Below are positions 19,081 through 29,365 of a DNA stretch of 64,000 nt, piece by piece. Source of the stretch: Clostridia bacterium (GTDB lineage: Bacteria > Bacillota > Clostridia > UBA1381 > UMGS1253); the NCBI GenBank assembly GCA_045546315.1, contig JAZQCN010000095.1, forward strand, positions 39,342 to 103,341. The letters are read 5' to 3'. Within the stretch, counting starts at the first letter, position 1, and every line of letters starts with the position of its first letter. The notes below the pieces were generated by a model that made no database searches, was not told the origin of the DNA, and was given only the letters and a program-made list of their open reading frames with translations. A program made the position numbers and the translations under genes.

Positions 19081-19500
19081 ATGGAACGCTTTGATATGCA
19101 GGTGATTGTCGAGTATATGTACGCAGCCTTTGCACTCGGCAAACCCTTTTCCTTCACCCCTTCCGGTGACAGTATGCTGCCCACGCTGCAAAACGGCACG
19201 GATACCGTTACCGTAGTGCCTGCAGATGCTTGCAAAATCGGGGATATCATCCTTTATCGCCGTCCGAGCGGTATGTATGTGCTGCATCGCATCGTCGGCA
19301 AGGCGAAGCGCGGCTTTATGCTGTGCGGTGATAATGAAAACACAATCGAATACCCGATTCCGCAAAAGGATATGCTCGCCAAAGTTATTTCGGCAACGGA
19401 TGCAAACGGCAACGCTGTTGATTTGCACGCAAAGTCCAACCCGGGCAGATTGTGGCTGAAAAAGCTGAAATTGCACATACGACTTCTATTTAAAAAATAA
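19081..19500 (+). CDS. S24/S26 family peptidase-like protein
   Basis: PSGDSMLPTL catalytic Ser box, GDIILY, VLHRI, CGDN. Confidence 0.8.
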   Translation: MERFDMQVIVEYMYAAFALGKPFSFTPSGDSMLPTLQNGTDTVTVVPADACKIGDIILYRRPSGMYVLHRIVGKAKRGFMLCGDNENTIEYPIPQKDMLAKVISATDANGNAVDLHAKSNPGRLWLKKLKLHIRLLFKK

Positions 19501-19533
19501 AAAAACCTTGTTCGCAAAGAACAAGGTTTTTTT
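19499..19533. terminator. Bidirectional intrinsic terminator
   Basis: AAAAACCTTGTTC-GCAAA-GAACAAGGTTTTT. Confidence 0.8.
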
Positions 19534-19545
19534 GTATGCTTTGAT

Positions 19546-20229
19546 TTATCTGTTCAAAATCAGCTTGGTCAGCTCAACCGGCTCAACAATCTTGTCGCCC
19601 TTATATACGCGCATATTGCCGGAAGCAATTTCATCAATTAAGATAACCTCGCCGTTGTGGTAACCAAACTCAAACTTAATATCCCACAAATCAAGACCGA
19701 TGGTCTTTAAATCGTCTGCAACGATTTTTGTAATCTTTAAGGTCTGCTCCTTCATGCTTGCAAACATTTCCTCACTCATAACGCCGAGCGCAGCCAGACC
19801 TTCGCTCGTTACAAGCGGATCGCCCTTCTCATCGTTTTTGAAGGTACACTCTACATAGCCGCCCTCAAGCACTGTGCCGTCCTCAATGTATTCACCGTAT
19901 CTGCGAATAAAGCTGCCGGTTGCAACCAAGCGGCAAATAACCTCTAAGCCGTGACCGAATACAGTACCCGGAAGCACTTCCATCGTTGCTTCGTCCACAT
20001 TTGCGCTCACATAATGTGTCTTAATGCCGGCCTGCTTTAATAAATCAAAATAATATACAGAAGTTCTTAAGTTTGCTTTGCCGATGCCTTCAATTGTTAA
20101 ACCAACGCTGTTTTCGCCCGGATCGAATACGCCGTCTTTACCGGTGCAATCGTCCTTGAACTTCAGCATTACATTGCCGTTGTCCAGGCTGTAAACATCT
20201 TTTGTTTTACCCTCATAGATCTTCTTCAT
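19546..20229 (-). CDS. purC: SAICAR synthetase
   Basis: [22 protein letters not shown]. Confidence 0.92.
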   Translation of the reverse strand: MKKIYEGKTKDVYSLDNGNVMLKFKDDCTGKDGVFDPGENSVGLTIEGIGKANLRTSVYYFDLLKQAGIKTHYVSANVDEATMEVLPGTVFGHGLEVICRLVATGSFIRRYGEYIEDGTVLEGGYVECTFKNDEKGDPLVTSEGLAALGVMSEEMFASMKEQTLKITKIVADDLKTIGLDLWDIKFEFGYHNGEVILIDEIASGNMRVYKGDKIVEPVELTKLILNR

Positions 20230-20428
20230 ACAACAAAACTCCTTTATTCTTCAAAATAAATTCCTTTATTATCATAGCACTTTTCCAAAAAAAAATCAAT
20301 GTAAAATGAAAAGATACACACCATTTTGTCATTTTGTACAAAAAATGGTAAATCCGTACGATTGAATTTACACATTTTCTATTTATTTCATTGCATTTTT
20401 ATGCTATACTGACATAGAGGTGATTGAT

Positions 20429-21607
20429 ATGCAATACCGCAAGGATAAATACGGAAACGACCTATCCATGCTTGGCTTCGGCTGTATGCGCTTTACAGGC
20501 AAGCTGGGCAAGATTGACTTTGACAAAGCCGAACACGAAATTATGACTGCCTACAAAGGCGGCGTGAATTATTTTGATACAGCATATATCTACCCCGGCA
20601 GCGAAGCGCTGATTGGTGAAATTTTCGAAAAAAACGGCATTCGCAAGGATATTCATATCGCAACCAAGCTGCCGCATTATTTAATCAAAAGCCGCGAAAG
20701 CGCGGAAAAGCTTTTCGCCGAGGAGCTGCGCCGTCTGCGCACGGACTATGTAGACTATTATTTAATGCATATGCTCACAGATATTGACGCCTGGGAGCGC
20801 ATGAAAGCACTCGGAGTGCTCGATTGGCTGGAGGAAAAGAAAAAAAGCGGTCAAATCCGTCAGCTCGGCTTTTCGTATCACGGCAACACGGAAATGTTTT
20901 GCCGCTTAATTGATGCATACGACTGGGACTTTTGTATGATTCAATATAACTATATGGACGAGCACTCCCAAGCCGGTAAGCGCGGTCTGCAGTATGCCAA
21001 CCAAAAGGGGTTGCCGGTCATCATTATGGAGCCGCTGCGCGGCGGCAAGCTGGTCAGCCGCCTGCCGGAGGAAGCCAAGCGCATCTTTTCAGAATATAAA
21101 ACGCAGTATACCCCTGCACAGTGGGCATTTCGCTGGCTGTTTAATCAGCCCGAGGTAACCACCGTACTCTCCGGTATGAATTCGGAGGCAATGATATTAG
21201 ACAACATCCACACGGCTTCTACAGCGCAGATTGGAGCTTTGAGCGCCGAAGATGAAGCGATGCTGCAAAGTGTATCCGCTGCCATAAACGCAAAGATGAA
21301 GGTCGGCTGTACAGGCTGCGGCTACTGCGTGCCGTGTCCAAAAAATGTAGATATTCCCGGCACCTTTGCCGCGTACAACCGCCTGCACAGCGAAGGATGG
21401 TTTGCCGGCACGAAGGAATATATTATGTGCACCACCCTGCGCAAAACGCCAACCGCCGCCTCCAACTGCATCGGCTGCGGCAAGTGCGAAAAGCATTGTC
21501 CGCAAGGCATCCCGATTCGCGAAAAGCTCGCCGACGCACAAAAGGAGCTTGAGCGCACACCATACAAAATCGTGCGCAAGCTCGCAAAATACTTCGTTAA
21601 ATTCTAA
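20429..21607 (+). CDS. Aldo/keto reductase with C-terminal 4Fe-4S dicluster
   Basis: LGFGCMR, YFDTAYIY, IMEPLRGG, CTGCGYCVPCP and CIGCGKCEKHCPQ. Confidence 0.9.
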   Translation: MQYRKDKYGNDLSMLGFGCMRFTGKLGKIDFDKAEHEIMTAYKGGVNYFDTAYIYPGSEALIGEIFEKNGIRKDIHIATKLPHYLIKSRESAEKLFAEELRRLRTDYVDYYLMHMLTDIDAWERMKALGVLDWLEEKKKSGQIRQLGFSYHGNTEMFCRLIDAYDWDFCMIQYNYMDEHSQAGKRGLQYANQKGLPVIIMEPLRGGKLVSRLPEEAKRIFSEYKTQYTPAQWAFRWLFNQPEVTTVLSGMNSEAMILDNIHTASTAQIGALSAEDEAMLQSVSAAINAKMKVGCTGCGYCVPCPKNVDIPGTFAAYNRLHSEGWFAGTKEYIMCTTLRKTPTAASNCIGCGKCEKHCPQGIPIREKLADAQKELERTPYKIVRKLAKYFVKF

Positions 21608-21638
21608 AATATTTTTATTCTGTATAAGGAGTTATATT

Positions 21639-21824
21639 ATGTTAAAAAACAAATGGACTTCGTTTTTTCTTTGCTTGTTTTTCGGCTGCTTCGGCGTGCA
21701 CAAATTTTATGAGGGAAGAATACTTTTGGGCATTCTCTACCTGTGCACCTGCGGTTTGTTCTGCATCGGTGTATTTATCGACCTGATTGTTCTGTTTTTC
21801 AAGCCGAATCCGTATTATCCCTGA
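21639..21824 (+). CDS. TM2 domain-containing small membrane protein
   Basis: KNKWTSFFLCLFFGCFGVHKFYEG...GVFIDLI; AAGGAG RBS. Confidence 0.85.
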   Translation: MLKNKWTSFFLCLFFGCFGVHKFYEGRILLGILYLCTCGLFCIGVFIDLIVLFFKPNPYYP

Positions 21825-21851
21825 TTTTTTTACGCATAAGAGAAAATTAAA

Positions 21852-21880
21852 GCATACGCACCCCTCATTTTGCATACGAT
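21852..21880 (+). promoter_or_regulatory. sigmaE-type promoter of spoIIID
   Basis: GCATACG-N14-CATACGAT fits the mother-cell sigmaE consensus; spoIIID is an established sigmaE target. Confidence 0.7.
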
Positions 21881-21910
21881 GAAGTAGAGCAATCCATGAG
21901 GGGTGTTTGC

Positions 21911-22171
21911 ATGAAAAACTATATCAGCCGCCGCGCGTTACTGCTTGCAGAATACATCGTCGAACACAAAAGCACTGTGCGCGAGGCCGCAAAAGAATTC
22001 TCCATATCAAAATCAACCGTACATAAGGATGTAACCGAGCGACTGCGCTATTTGGATTCCGCCCTCTTTGGCTCTGTCAAAACCGTTTTGGAAAACAACA
22101 AGGAGGAACGCCACATTCGCGGCGGAATGGCAACACGCGAGAAATATTTAAGCCGGAAAAAGAATGCATAA
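21911..22171 (+). CDS. spoIIID: Sporulation transcriptional regulator SpoIIID
   Basis: STVREAAKEFSISKSTVHKDVTERL...ERHIRGGMATREKY. Confidence 0.96.
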   Translation: MKNYISRRALLLAEYIVEHKSTVREAAKEFSISKSTVHKDVTERLRYLDSALFGSVKTVLENNKEERHIRGGMATREKYLSRKKNA

Positions 22172-22217
22172 TTTTTGGATTTTCGCGGCATACTTTTAGT
22201 AAATTTTCAAAAAAGTC

Positions 22218-22246
22218 TTTACAAACCAAAAAATGTGTGCTATACT
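22218..22246 (+). promoter_or_regulatory. sigmaA promoter of tRNA-fMet
   Basis: TTTACA-N17-TATACT with extended TG. Confidence 0.7.
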
Positions 22247-22272
22247 ATCATAGTCGCAAGAGCGAAATATAT

Positions 22273-22350
<78 letters not shown>

Positions 22351-22354
22351 AGAT

Positions 22355-22385
22355 AAAAGCAGTCATCGTAAGATGGCTGCTTTTT
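22355..22385 (+). terminator. Intrinsic terminator after tRNA
   Basis: AAAAGCAGTCATC-GTAA-GATGGCTGCTTTTTT. Confidence 0.8.
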
Positions 22386-22480
22386 CTGTTTACGGCACAA
22401 GCTTCCCCATAAGCCTTTCGAGGGTTATGAGACCGGCGAGCGTGGCTCGCCCGGGTAGCAAAGCAAAAACAATTCATCAT

Positions 22481-22510
22481 AAAAAGGTCCTGCAAAAGCA
22501 GGACCTTTTT
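22481..22510 (-). terminator. Intrinsic terminator of the symporter gene
   Basis: AAAAAGGTCCTGC-AAAA-GCAGGACCTTTTT. Confidence 0.8.
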
Positions 22511-23899
22511 CTACGCTTTATTTTTAAAGAAATCCTTCACCAGCTTGATTGCCACCGGTGAAAGTAGTGCAACCGCAATCAGGTTCGGGATAACCATCAA
22601 GCCGTTAAAGGTATCGGCGATGCTCCACAAAAGCCCCAAATCCACCGTTGCACCGATTACGGCAACTGCCGAATAAATCAGCATAAACGGCTTGTTCACC
22701 TTCGATCCAAAGATGAATTCAATACAGCGTGTACCGTACAATCCCCAGCCGAGAATGGTAGAAAACGCAAAGCAGCACATCGCCACCGCCGTAAACACGG
22801 AAACCCAGCTACCGTAGGTCGAGGTAAAGCCACTGATGGTCAACTCTGCACCGGCAGCAACGCCGTACTGCAGCGGCACGCCGCTGCACAGAATAACCAA
22901 CGCCGTCAGCGTGCAGATGATAATCGTATCTGCAAACACTTCAAAAATACCAAAGAGTCCCTGCTTTACCGGCGAATCCGTTTCTGCGGCTGCGTGCGCA
23001 ATGGACGCTGTACCGAGGCCCGCCTCATTTGAGAAAATACCGCGGGAAACGCCGCGCTTCATAGATTCAAACATCGACCCGACAATACCACCCGTTACAG
23101 CCAGCGGATTGAATGCGCCCTTAAAAATTGAAACAAACACAGACGGAATGTTTTTATAATTGATTGCAACGACACCGATACCCAACAAAATATACAAAAG
23201 CGCCATAAACGGTACCAGCTTTTCATTTACGCGACCGAGGCGCTTAATGCCGCCGAGCAGCACCAGCGCAACCAAAGCTGCAATCACAATACCGATAATC
23301 AGATTCGCGGTTGCATTACCGCCGCTCTGCACAACACCGAAGCTTGTAAGCGCTGTGTTGATTGCGGCAATAATGGTGTTGACCTGCGTTGCATTGCCTG
23401 TACCAAACACGGTCAGCACGCCGAGCACAGCGAAGGTATACGCCAGCCACATCCACTTTTTGCCCAGGCCGTTTTTGATAAAATACATCGGTCCGCCGAC
23501 ATAATCGCCTGCCTTATTGCGTTCGCGGAAATGCACCGCCAGCGTAACTTCAATAAATTTCGTGCACATACCGAGCAGTGCGGAAATCCACATCCAGAAT
23601 ACGGCGCCCGGACCGCCGATGGCGATTGCACCGGCAACACCGGCAATATTGCCCGTGCCGACTGTGGCCGCCAGAGCCGTACATACCGCCTGAAACGGCG
23701 TGATGCTGCCGCTCTTCGCTTCGCTCTTTTTTAAAATCTTACCCAGGGTTTCACGCATCGCATACCCGAACTTCCGAAGCTGCACAAAGCCGAGGCGCAG
23801 CGTGAGATACAAGCCGACGCCGATGATGAGCACCATTGCCGGCGCACCCCACACAACAGCGTTTACCTTGTCATTCAAATTCGCAATCCATTCTAACAT
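22511..23899 (-). CDS. Alanine/glycine:cation symporter (AGCS)
   Basis: ALAATVGTGNIAGVA, GGPGAVFWMW, RGIFSNEAGLG. Confidence 0.93.
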   Translation of the reverse strand: MLEWIANLNDKVNAVVWGAPAMVLIIGVGLYLTLRLGFVQLRKFGYAMRETLGKILKKSEAKSGSITPFQAVCTALAATVGTGNIAGVAGAIAIGGPGAVFWMWISALLGMCTKFIEVTLAVHFRERNKAGDYVGGPMYFIKNGLGKKWMWLAYTFAVLGVLTVFGTGNATQVNTIIAAINTALTSFGVVQSGGNATANLIIGIVIAALVALVLLGGIKRLGRVNEKLVPFMALLYILLGIGVVAINYKNIPSVFVSIFKGAFNPLAVTGGIVGSMFESMKRGVSRGIFSNEAGLGTASIAHAAAETDSPVKQGLFGIFEVFADTIIICTLTALVILCSGVPLQYGVAAGAELTISGFTSTYGSWVSVFTAVAMCCFAFSTILGWGLYGTRCIEFIFGSKVNKPFMLIYSAVAVIGATVDLGLLWSIADTFNGLMVIPNLIAVALLSPVAIKLVKDFFKNKA

Positions 23900-24048
23900 A
23901 ATAATACTCCTCAACTAAAAGATATTACCATTATATTTTAAAGCAACGCCCATGTCAAGGAACATAGTACAAAAAAGAAGGAAATGCAACTAAAAATACA
24001 GGCTTGAATTTCACGCTAAAATGCAGTACAATATAGACAATTTCTTTT

Positions 24049-24834
24049 TTGGAAGTGATATTTTTGCAAATACAGGATCACGCAAAATTTATGACTACGG
24101 TTTTGGATTTCGGCGAAGCTATGATGGGCTGCGGTGCTGAGGTCAGCCGCGTAGAGGACAGCATCAGGCGCATCTGCGAAAGCTACGGCTGCAAGGTGCA
24201 GCTGATGGCCATCAGCGTCGGCATTGTGTTAACACTCGAGCTCGCAGACGGCGATACGCGCACCGAGCTGCGCCGTTGCACCTCCGGCGGCAACAATTTT
24301 TCCCGCTTAAGCGACTTAAACGCACTCTCGCGCGAGGTCTGCGCTACCGTGCCCCCGGTGGAAGCCTTTTCAGAAAAGCTGACAGAAATCGTAAAGCCGG
24401 ACACAACCAGGCGCAACGCCTGGAAGCGCTGTCTCGGCGCAATTTTAGCAGCGTGCAGCTGTACGGTATTTTTCGGCGGCAGCTTAAAAGACTGCCCGGC
24501 AACTGCCGTCTGCGCAGTTTTGATTTACCTTTTGGATATGGTATTAAAATCGAAGCTGCCCAACGCATCTGCCTTCAATTTCGTAAGTGCGCTTTTGTCG
24601 GGGCTTGTAGCCGTAGGGCTGTGCAACCTGTTTCCGTTTAACCGGGATATGGTGATTATCGGCATCATAATGCTGCTGATTCCGGGCATTCTTTTAACGA
24701 ACTCTATGCGCGATATGCTCTTAGGCGACACCTTAACCGGCAGCGCGCGACTGTTTGAAGCCGTACTCGGTGCTGCTTGCCTTGCCGCAGGCATCACTGT
24801 TGCAATCTTGCTTTTCGGAGGTGTGCAGCTATGA
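24049..24834 (+). CDS. Threonine/serine exporter family protein (ThrE N-type)
   Basis: GAEVSRVEDSIRRI, MLLIPGILLTNSMRDML.GD; start uncertain. Confidence 0.88.
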   Translation: MEVIFLQIQDHAKFMTTVLDFGEAMMGCGAEVSRVEDSIRRICESYGCKVQLMAISVGIVLTLELADGDTRTELRRCTSGGNNFSRLSDLNALSREVCATVPPVEAFSEKLTEIVKPDTTRRNAWKRCLGAILAACSCTVFFGGSLKDCPATAVCAVLIYLLDMVLKSKLPNASAFNFVSALLSGLVAVGLCNLFPFNRDMVIIGIIMLLIPGILLTNSMRDMLLGDTLTGSARLFEAVLGAACLAAGITVAILLFGGVQL

Positions 24835-25283
24835 CAACAAACGAAATCTTGACCGGGCTGCTTTCTGCCTGCGTAATGACGCTCGGCTTCGGTTTATATT
24901 TTAACCAGCGCATAAAGCACGCCTTGCTTGCTTCGGTGGTCGGGCTGCTCACCTGGGGCGTGTACCTTTTGTTTATGCCGACGACGGACAATATCTTTTT
25001 GCTCTCCGCCGCTGCTACCGTTTTTGCGGGCATCGCCTCCGAGGTAATGGCGCGCATTTTAAAAATCCCGGCAAGCTCATTTTTGACGGTCTCCGTCGTG
25101 GTGCTGATTCCAGGACGCGCGCTGTATTATACGCTGTATTACGCAATTGCGGGCGAACGCGCCGCTTCCGTGCAGTTCGGCATTGACACGCTGCTCGTTG
25201 TGCTCGGCATTTCCGCCGGCATCGTTTTTACAAGCGTGTGCGCAAAGCTTTTTACGCATCTTTGGCATAAGCATCAAAAGTAA
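24831..25283 (+). CDS. Threonine/serine exporter family protein (ThrE_2)
   Basis: SEVMARILKIP...VLIPGRALY; ATGA overlap. Confidence 0.85.
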   Translation: MTTNEILTGLLSACVMTLGFGLYFNQRIKHALLASVVGLLTWGVYLLFMPTTDNIFLLSAAATVFAGIASEVMARILKIPASSFLTVSVVVLIPGRALYYTLYYAIAGERAASVQFGIDTLLVVLGISAGIVFTSVCAKLFTHLWHKHQK

Positions 25284-25369
25284 TATAGCCCTAAATATTG
25301 CGCCCAAACTACAAACCACCACAAGAAATTGCGCTTATAATTTTTTTCTTCTTTCCGCGCAAAAAAAGC

Positions 25370-25398
25370 TTGACAATTTCCCTACACCAATGTATAAT
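25370..25398 (+). promoter_or_regulatory. Consensus sigmaA promoter of the rpmH operon
   Basis: TTGACA-N17-TATAAT. Confidence 0.85.
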
Positions 25399-25496
25399 AT
25401 TAAGCGTATTCGCGTTTATATTTTAAACGCTAAAACAGACGGAGTGCGCTTTGGGCGCTTTCCATAGAAACGAATGATTCGGCAGGAGGTGCAAAC

Positions 25497-25631
25497 ATGC
25501 TTAGAACATACCAACCTAAAAAGAGACAGAGAAGCAAGGTTCACGGCTTCAGAAAAAGAATGAGCACTGCCAACGGCAGAAAGGTTCTGGCTAGAAGAAG
25601 ACTCAAGGGTAGAAAAAGATTGTCAGCATAA
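25497..25631 (+). CDS. rpmH: 50S ribosomal protein L34
   Basis: Below the ORF-track cutoff; [44 protein letters not shown]; AGGAGGT RBS. Confidence 0.98.
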   Translation: MLRTYQPKKRQRSKVHGFRKRMSTANGRKVLARRRLKGRKRLSA

Positions 25632-25684
25632 AAGGCCACTCTGTGGTCTTTTCTTGTAGTTAGATGTTTTTTGGCGGTGAGAGA

Positions 25685-26023
25685 ATGCTTTTTACAAGTT
25701 CGATGAAATACAACCGCGATTTCAAGCGGCTCTACGGCCGCAGCAAATCCATTGCGGCAGGCTATCTTGTTTTGTATTATCAGAAAAATAAGCTTGGCAA
25801 AAACCTTCTCGGCATCACCGTAACCAAAAAGTTCGGCAAAGCGGTTGAGCGCAACCGCATTCGCCGGCTCATCCGCGAGTGCTATCGCTTGCGGGAAGGT
25901 GAGATGCACATCGGCTACAACATGGTAATCGTCGCGCGCAACCGTGCGATTGATGCCGATTTCGAAAAAATCGGTCGCGACCTAAGCTATTTGCTGAAAA
26001 AAAGCGGCATAATCGGGGAATGA
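25685..26023 (+). CDS. rnpA: Ribonuclease P protein component
   Basis: [23 protein letters not shown] (RNR motif); synteny. Confidence 0.96.
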   Translation: MLFTSSMKYNRDFKRLYGRSKSIAAGYLVLYYQKNKLGKNLLGITVTKKFGKAVERNRIRRLIRECYRLREGEMHIGYNMVIVARNRAIDADFEKIGRDLSYLLKKSGIIGE

Positions 26024-26060
26024 GCAATCAGTCCCCTTCTTTTGCTGGAAAGGCATCTGT

Positions 26061-26285
26061 ATGAAAAAGGCTTTACTTTGGTGCATCCGCGCCTATCAAA
26101 AGCATATTTCTCCGCTAAAGGGGCATCCTTCTTGTAAATATATACCGACCTGCTCGGCCTACGCCTACGAAGCTATTCAAATCCACGGTGTTTTCAAAGG
26201 GCTTTTGTTGGCAATCTGGCGCATTTTGCGCTGTAATCCGTTCAGCCGAGGCGGCTATGACCCCGTGCCTCCGAAAAAGCAATAG
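26061..26285 (+). CDS. yidD: Membrane protein insertion efficiency factor
   Basis: [10 protein letters not shown]...[17 protein letters not shown]. Confidence 0.96.
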   Translation: MKKALLWCIRAYQKHISPLKGHPSCKYIPTCSAYAYEAIQIHGVFKGLLLAIWRILRCNPFSRGGYDPVPPKKQ

Positions 26286-26315
26286 CTTACATATGAACAT
26301 AAGAGAGGTAAAACT

Positions 26316-27332
26316 ATGAATTTGTTTTCTTTGCTGATTTTCCGCCCGATGGGTTGGCTTCTTCAGCTTTTATACTCCTTTATTCAAAATTACGGTCTGG
26401 CATTGATTGCCTTTACCGTATTGATTAAACTTCTGATTCTGCCTTTAAACATCAAGTCGCAAAAAGCAATGCTTAAGCAGCAAAAGCTGCAGCCGCTGAT
26501 GCAGGAGATTCAGAAAAAGTACGCACACGACAAAGAAAAGCAGAGCCAGGAGCTGATGAAGCTTTATAAGGAAAACGGTGCCAGCCCGACGGCAGGCTGT
26601 CTGCCGATGCTGATTCAGTTTCCGCTGATTATCGGCTTATATACCGTATTGCGTATGCCGCTTTCCTTTATGTGCGGCGTAAACTTCAACACACCGGAAA
26701 ACATCAATAAGGTGCTTGAGCTGCAAAAGCTGGTAAAAGGGATTCCGGAGCTTGCAAAAAATGCGGGTGAAACCTTTTTAAACTCCAATATGAAAACATT
26801 GGCAGACAATTTCCAGATTGAAATGAGTAGCTTTGCCTCTTCCCTGGCAGATATGGGCTATACCCAGTTTGCCGACTGGAAAGTCAACTTTAATTTCCTC
26901 GGCTTGGATTTATCGAGATATCCGAGTGAATTCCCGCTTTTAAGCTTTATTTTCGGCGGTGAAAGCATTCCGGTAGAAACCATTTTGTCGACGCTTCCGC
27001 TTTTGATTATTCCGGTGCTCGCCGGTGTAACCAGCTGGATTTTGGCAAAAATGACACAAAACAAGCAACAGGCCTCGGCTGCACAGGCAAACGGCGGTCA
27101 GACAGAGGATACTGCTGCACAGATGAATAAATCCATGACCTTAATGATGCCGATTATGTCGCTTGTGTTTTCCTACACACTGCCGTCCGGTATCGGTATG
27201 TACTGGATTGTATCGAATGTAGTACAAATGATTCAGCAAAAAGTAACCGCTGTGATATTTAAAAAGAAAGAGGATGAGATCGTTGTTATCGACACAATTA
27301 AAAAGAACGGAAAAAACGGCAAAAACCGTTGA
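26316..27332 (+). CDS. yidC: Membrane protein insertase YidC/SpoIIIJ
   Basis: GCLPMLIQFP, FLGLDLS, LPSGIGMYWIVSN. Confidence 0.95.
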   Translation: MNLFSLLIFRPMGWLLQLLYSFIQNYGLALIAFTVLIKLLILPLNIKSQKAMLKQQKLQPLMQEIQKKYAHDKEKQSQELMKLYKENGASPTAGCLPMLIQFPLIIGLYTVLRMPLSFMCGVNFNTPENINKVLELQKLVKGIPELAKNAGETFLNSNMKTLADNFQIEMSSFASSLADMGYTQFADWKVNFNFLGLDLSRYPSEFPLLSFIFGGESIPVETILSTLPLLIIPVLAGVTSWILAKMTQNKQQASAAQANGGQTEDTAAQMNKSMTLMMPIMSLVFSYTLPSGIGMYWIVSNVVQMIQQKVTAVIFKKKEDEIVVIDTIKKNGKNGKNR

Positions 27333-27927
27333 TGAAGCAATAGAACTGGCACTGGCTGAGCTCGGTGCAAGCAAAGACCAGGTAGAAATCGAAGTGCTCG
27401 ATGAGGGCAGCAAGGGTCTTTTCGGTATTTTAGGCGGCAAAGACGCTCGCGTTATCGTAACGAAGAAGGATTCCCCGGCAGATAAGGCAACCGCCTTCTT
27501 AAGTGAGCTGTTTTTGAGCATGGGCATCCGCGTGCAGATTGATGCAGAATTAAACGGCGATGTGCTCAACATCAACTTAAGCGGTAACGATATGGGCATT
27601 GTAATCGGTAAGCGCGGCGACACGCTCGATTCCATCCAGTATCTGACCAGCCTGGTTGTAAACAATGCAAAGGGCAGCTACATCAAGGTAACCATCGACA
27701 CCGAAAACTACAGAGAAAAGCGCAAGGAAGCACTGGAAGCGCTGGCTGTACGCATTGCAAACAAGGTTGAAAGAACCGGCAAGCGTCACACCTTCGAGCC
27801 GATGAATCCGTATGAAAGACGCATCATCCACTCGAAGCTGCAGGCTTATGAAAATGTAACCACCTATTCCATCGGCGAGGATCCGAACCGTAAGATTGTG
27901 GTTATGTTAAAGGACAAGGAAAAATAA
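27283..27927 (+). CDS. jag: RNA-binding protein Jag/EloR/KhpB
   Basis: AKTVDEAI Jag_N, IGKRGDTLDSIQYL KH, PMNPYERRIIH R3H; TTG start at 27283 (or ATG 27274). Confidence 0.95.
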   Translation: MLSTQLKRTEKTAKTVDEAIELALAELGASKDQVEIEVLDEGSKGLFGILGGKDARVIVTKKDSPADKATAFLSELFLSMGIRVQIDAELNGDVLNINLSGNDMGIVIGKRGDTLDSIQYLTSLVVNNAKGSYIKVTIDTENYREKRKEALEALAVRIANKVERTGKRHTFEPMNPYERRIIHSKLQAYENVTTYSIGEDPNRKIVVMLKDKEK

Positions 27928-27933
27928 GAAACT

Positions 27934-27962
27934 AAAAAAGGTCGCGGTTGCGACCTTTTTTT
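27934..27962 (+). terminator. Intrinsic terminator between jag and mnmE
   Basis: AAAAAGGTCGCGGTTGCGACCTTTTTTT. Confidence 0.7.
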
Positions 27963-27982
27963 GAAATGAGGCGTATTGATTT

Positions 27983-29365
27983 ATGCATATATCAGATACT
28001 ATTGCCGCAATCGCAACGCCGGCAGGTGTCGGCGGTATCGGCACCATCCGCATCAGCGGGCCGGATGCCATTTCTGCAGCAGATTGCATCTTTTTTGCGG
28101 CAGACAAGAAAAAGCTTGCCGACTGCCCGACCCACACTGTACACTACGGCTTTATCAAAAACCCGGAAACCTTAGAAAAAACCGATGAGGTGCTGGTTAC
28201 GCTGATGCGCGCACCGCGCACCTTCACTGCCGAGGATGTCGTCGAAATTTCGACTCACGGCTCCCCGACGGTCCTTGCTAAGGTGATGGATTTGCTCTTC
28301 GGCTGCGGTGTGCGCATAGCGGAAGCCGGCGAATTTACAAAGCGCGCTTTTTTAAACGGCAGAATTGACCTAACGCGCGCAGAGGCGGTGCTCGATGTAA
28401 TCCACGCGGATTCTGACGCTTCCTTAAAAAGCGCCATTGCGCAGTTAGACGGCGGTCTGCAGCGCAGAATCGACGAAATCCGTCAGCCGCTTTTATACTG
28501 CTGTGCGCAGTTTGCGGCAGCTGTGGACTACCCCGACGATGACATTGCCGAGCTGACCGATGCGGCGCTCGCTGAAATTTTGGAAAAGGCCGTTGCCGAT
28601 TGCGACCGCTTGCTTGCCACCGCGCAGGATGGCTGCAGCGCAAAAAACGGCATAGTGTGTGTCATTGCAGGCAAGCCGAACACCGGCAAAAGCTCGCTTT
28701 TAAATGCACTGACCAATTCCGACCGCGCAATTGTGACCGACATTCAGGGCACAACGCGCGATGTGATTGAGCAAACGATTTCCATCGACGGCATTGCCCT
28801 GCGCCTGTTTGATACGGCAGGCATCCGCGAAACAGAGGACGCTGTCGAGCAAATTGGCGTAAGAAAAACAATGGACTATATTCACGCCGCCGACTTGGTG
28901 CTGCTGATGCTTGACAGCAGCGCAAGCATTACCGATGAGGATAAAGAATGCATTGCAGCCGCAAGCGGCAAGCCGTGCATCCTTGTGTTAAACAAGTCCG
29001 ATTTAGAAAGCAAAATCACACTCTGCGATGCCGAAGCCCTGGCAAACGGTGCGCCGATTGTGCAAATCAGTACGCACAGCGGCGAAGGGTTGGATGTGCT
29101 TCGTCAAACGATTGCCAAGCTTTGCCGCACAGAGCAGATTCGCAGCGCAGACAATATTCTTTCCAACCTGCGCCACATTCGCGCCCTGCGCGATGCGCGC
29201 GCCGCACTTGCAGCTGCCGCACAAACGCTTGCCGACGGTATGCCGGCAGATATGTGCGTCATTGATGTAAACGATGCTTTAGAGCACCTCGGTTTAATTA
29301 CGGGGCTCACCGTTTCTTCAAACATTGTCGACGAAATTTTCGCAAACTTCTGCGTCGGAAAATAA
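27983..29365 (+). CDS. mnmE: tRNA modification GTPase
   Basis: [33 protein letters not shown]-terminal FCVGK. Confidence 0.97.
   Translation: MHISDTIAAIATPAGVGGIGTIRISGPDAISAADCIFFAADKKKLADCPTHTVHYGFIKNPETLEKTDEVLVTLMRAPRTFTAEDVVEISTHGSPTVLAKVMDLLFGCGVRIAEAGEFTKRAFLNGRIDLTRAEAVLDVIHADSDASLKSAIAQLDGGLQRRIDEIRQPLLYCCAQFAAAVDYPDDDIAELTDAALAEILEKAVADCDRLLATAQDGCSAKNGIVCVIAGKPNTGKSSLLNALTNSDRAIVTDIQGTTRDVIEQTISIDGIALRLFDTAGIRETEDAVEQIGVRKTMDYIHAADLVLLMLDSSASITDEDKECIAAASGKPCILVLNKSDLESKITLCDAEALANGAPIVQISTHSGEGLDVLRQTIAKLCRTEQIRSADNILSNLRHIRALRDARAALAAAAQTLADGMPADMCVIDVNDALEHLGLITGLTVSSNIVDEIFANFCVGK

Noticed and set aside
22401-22459. Self-cleaving ribozyme (hammerhead, twister or HDV-like) after the tRNA
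   Set aside because: Core catalytic consensus not found by eye on either strand, and a terminator separates it from the tRNA; kept only as an unexplained structure.
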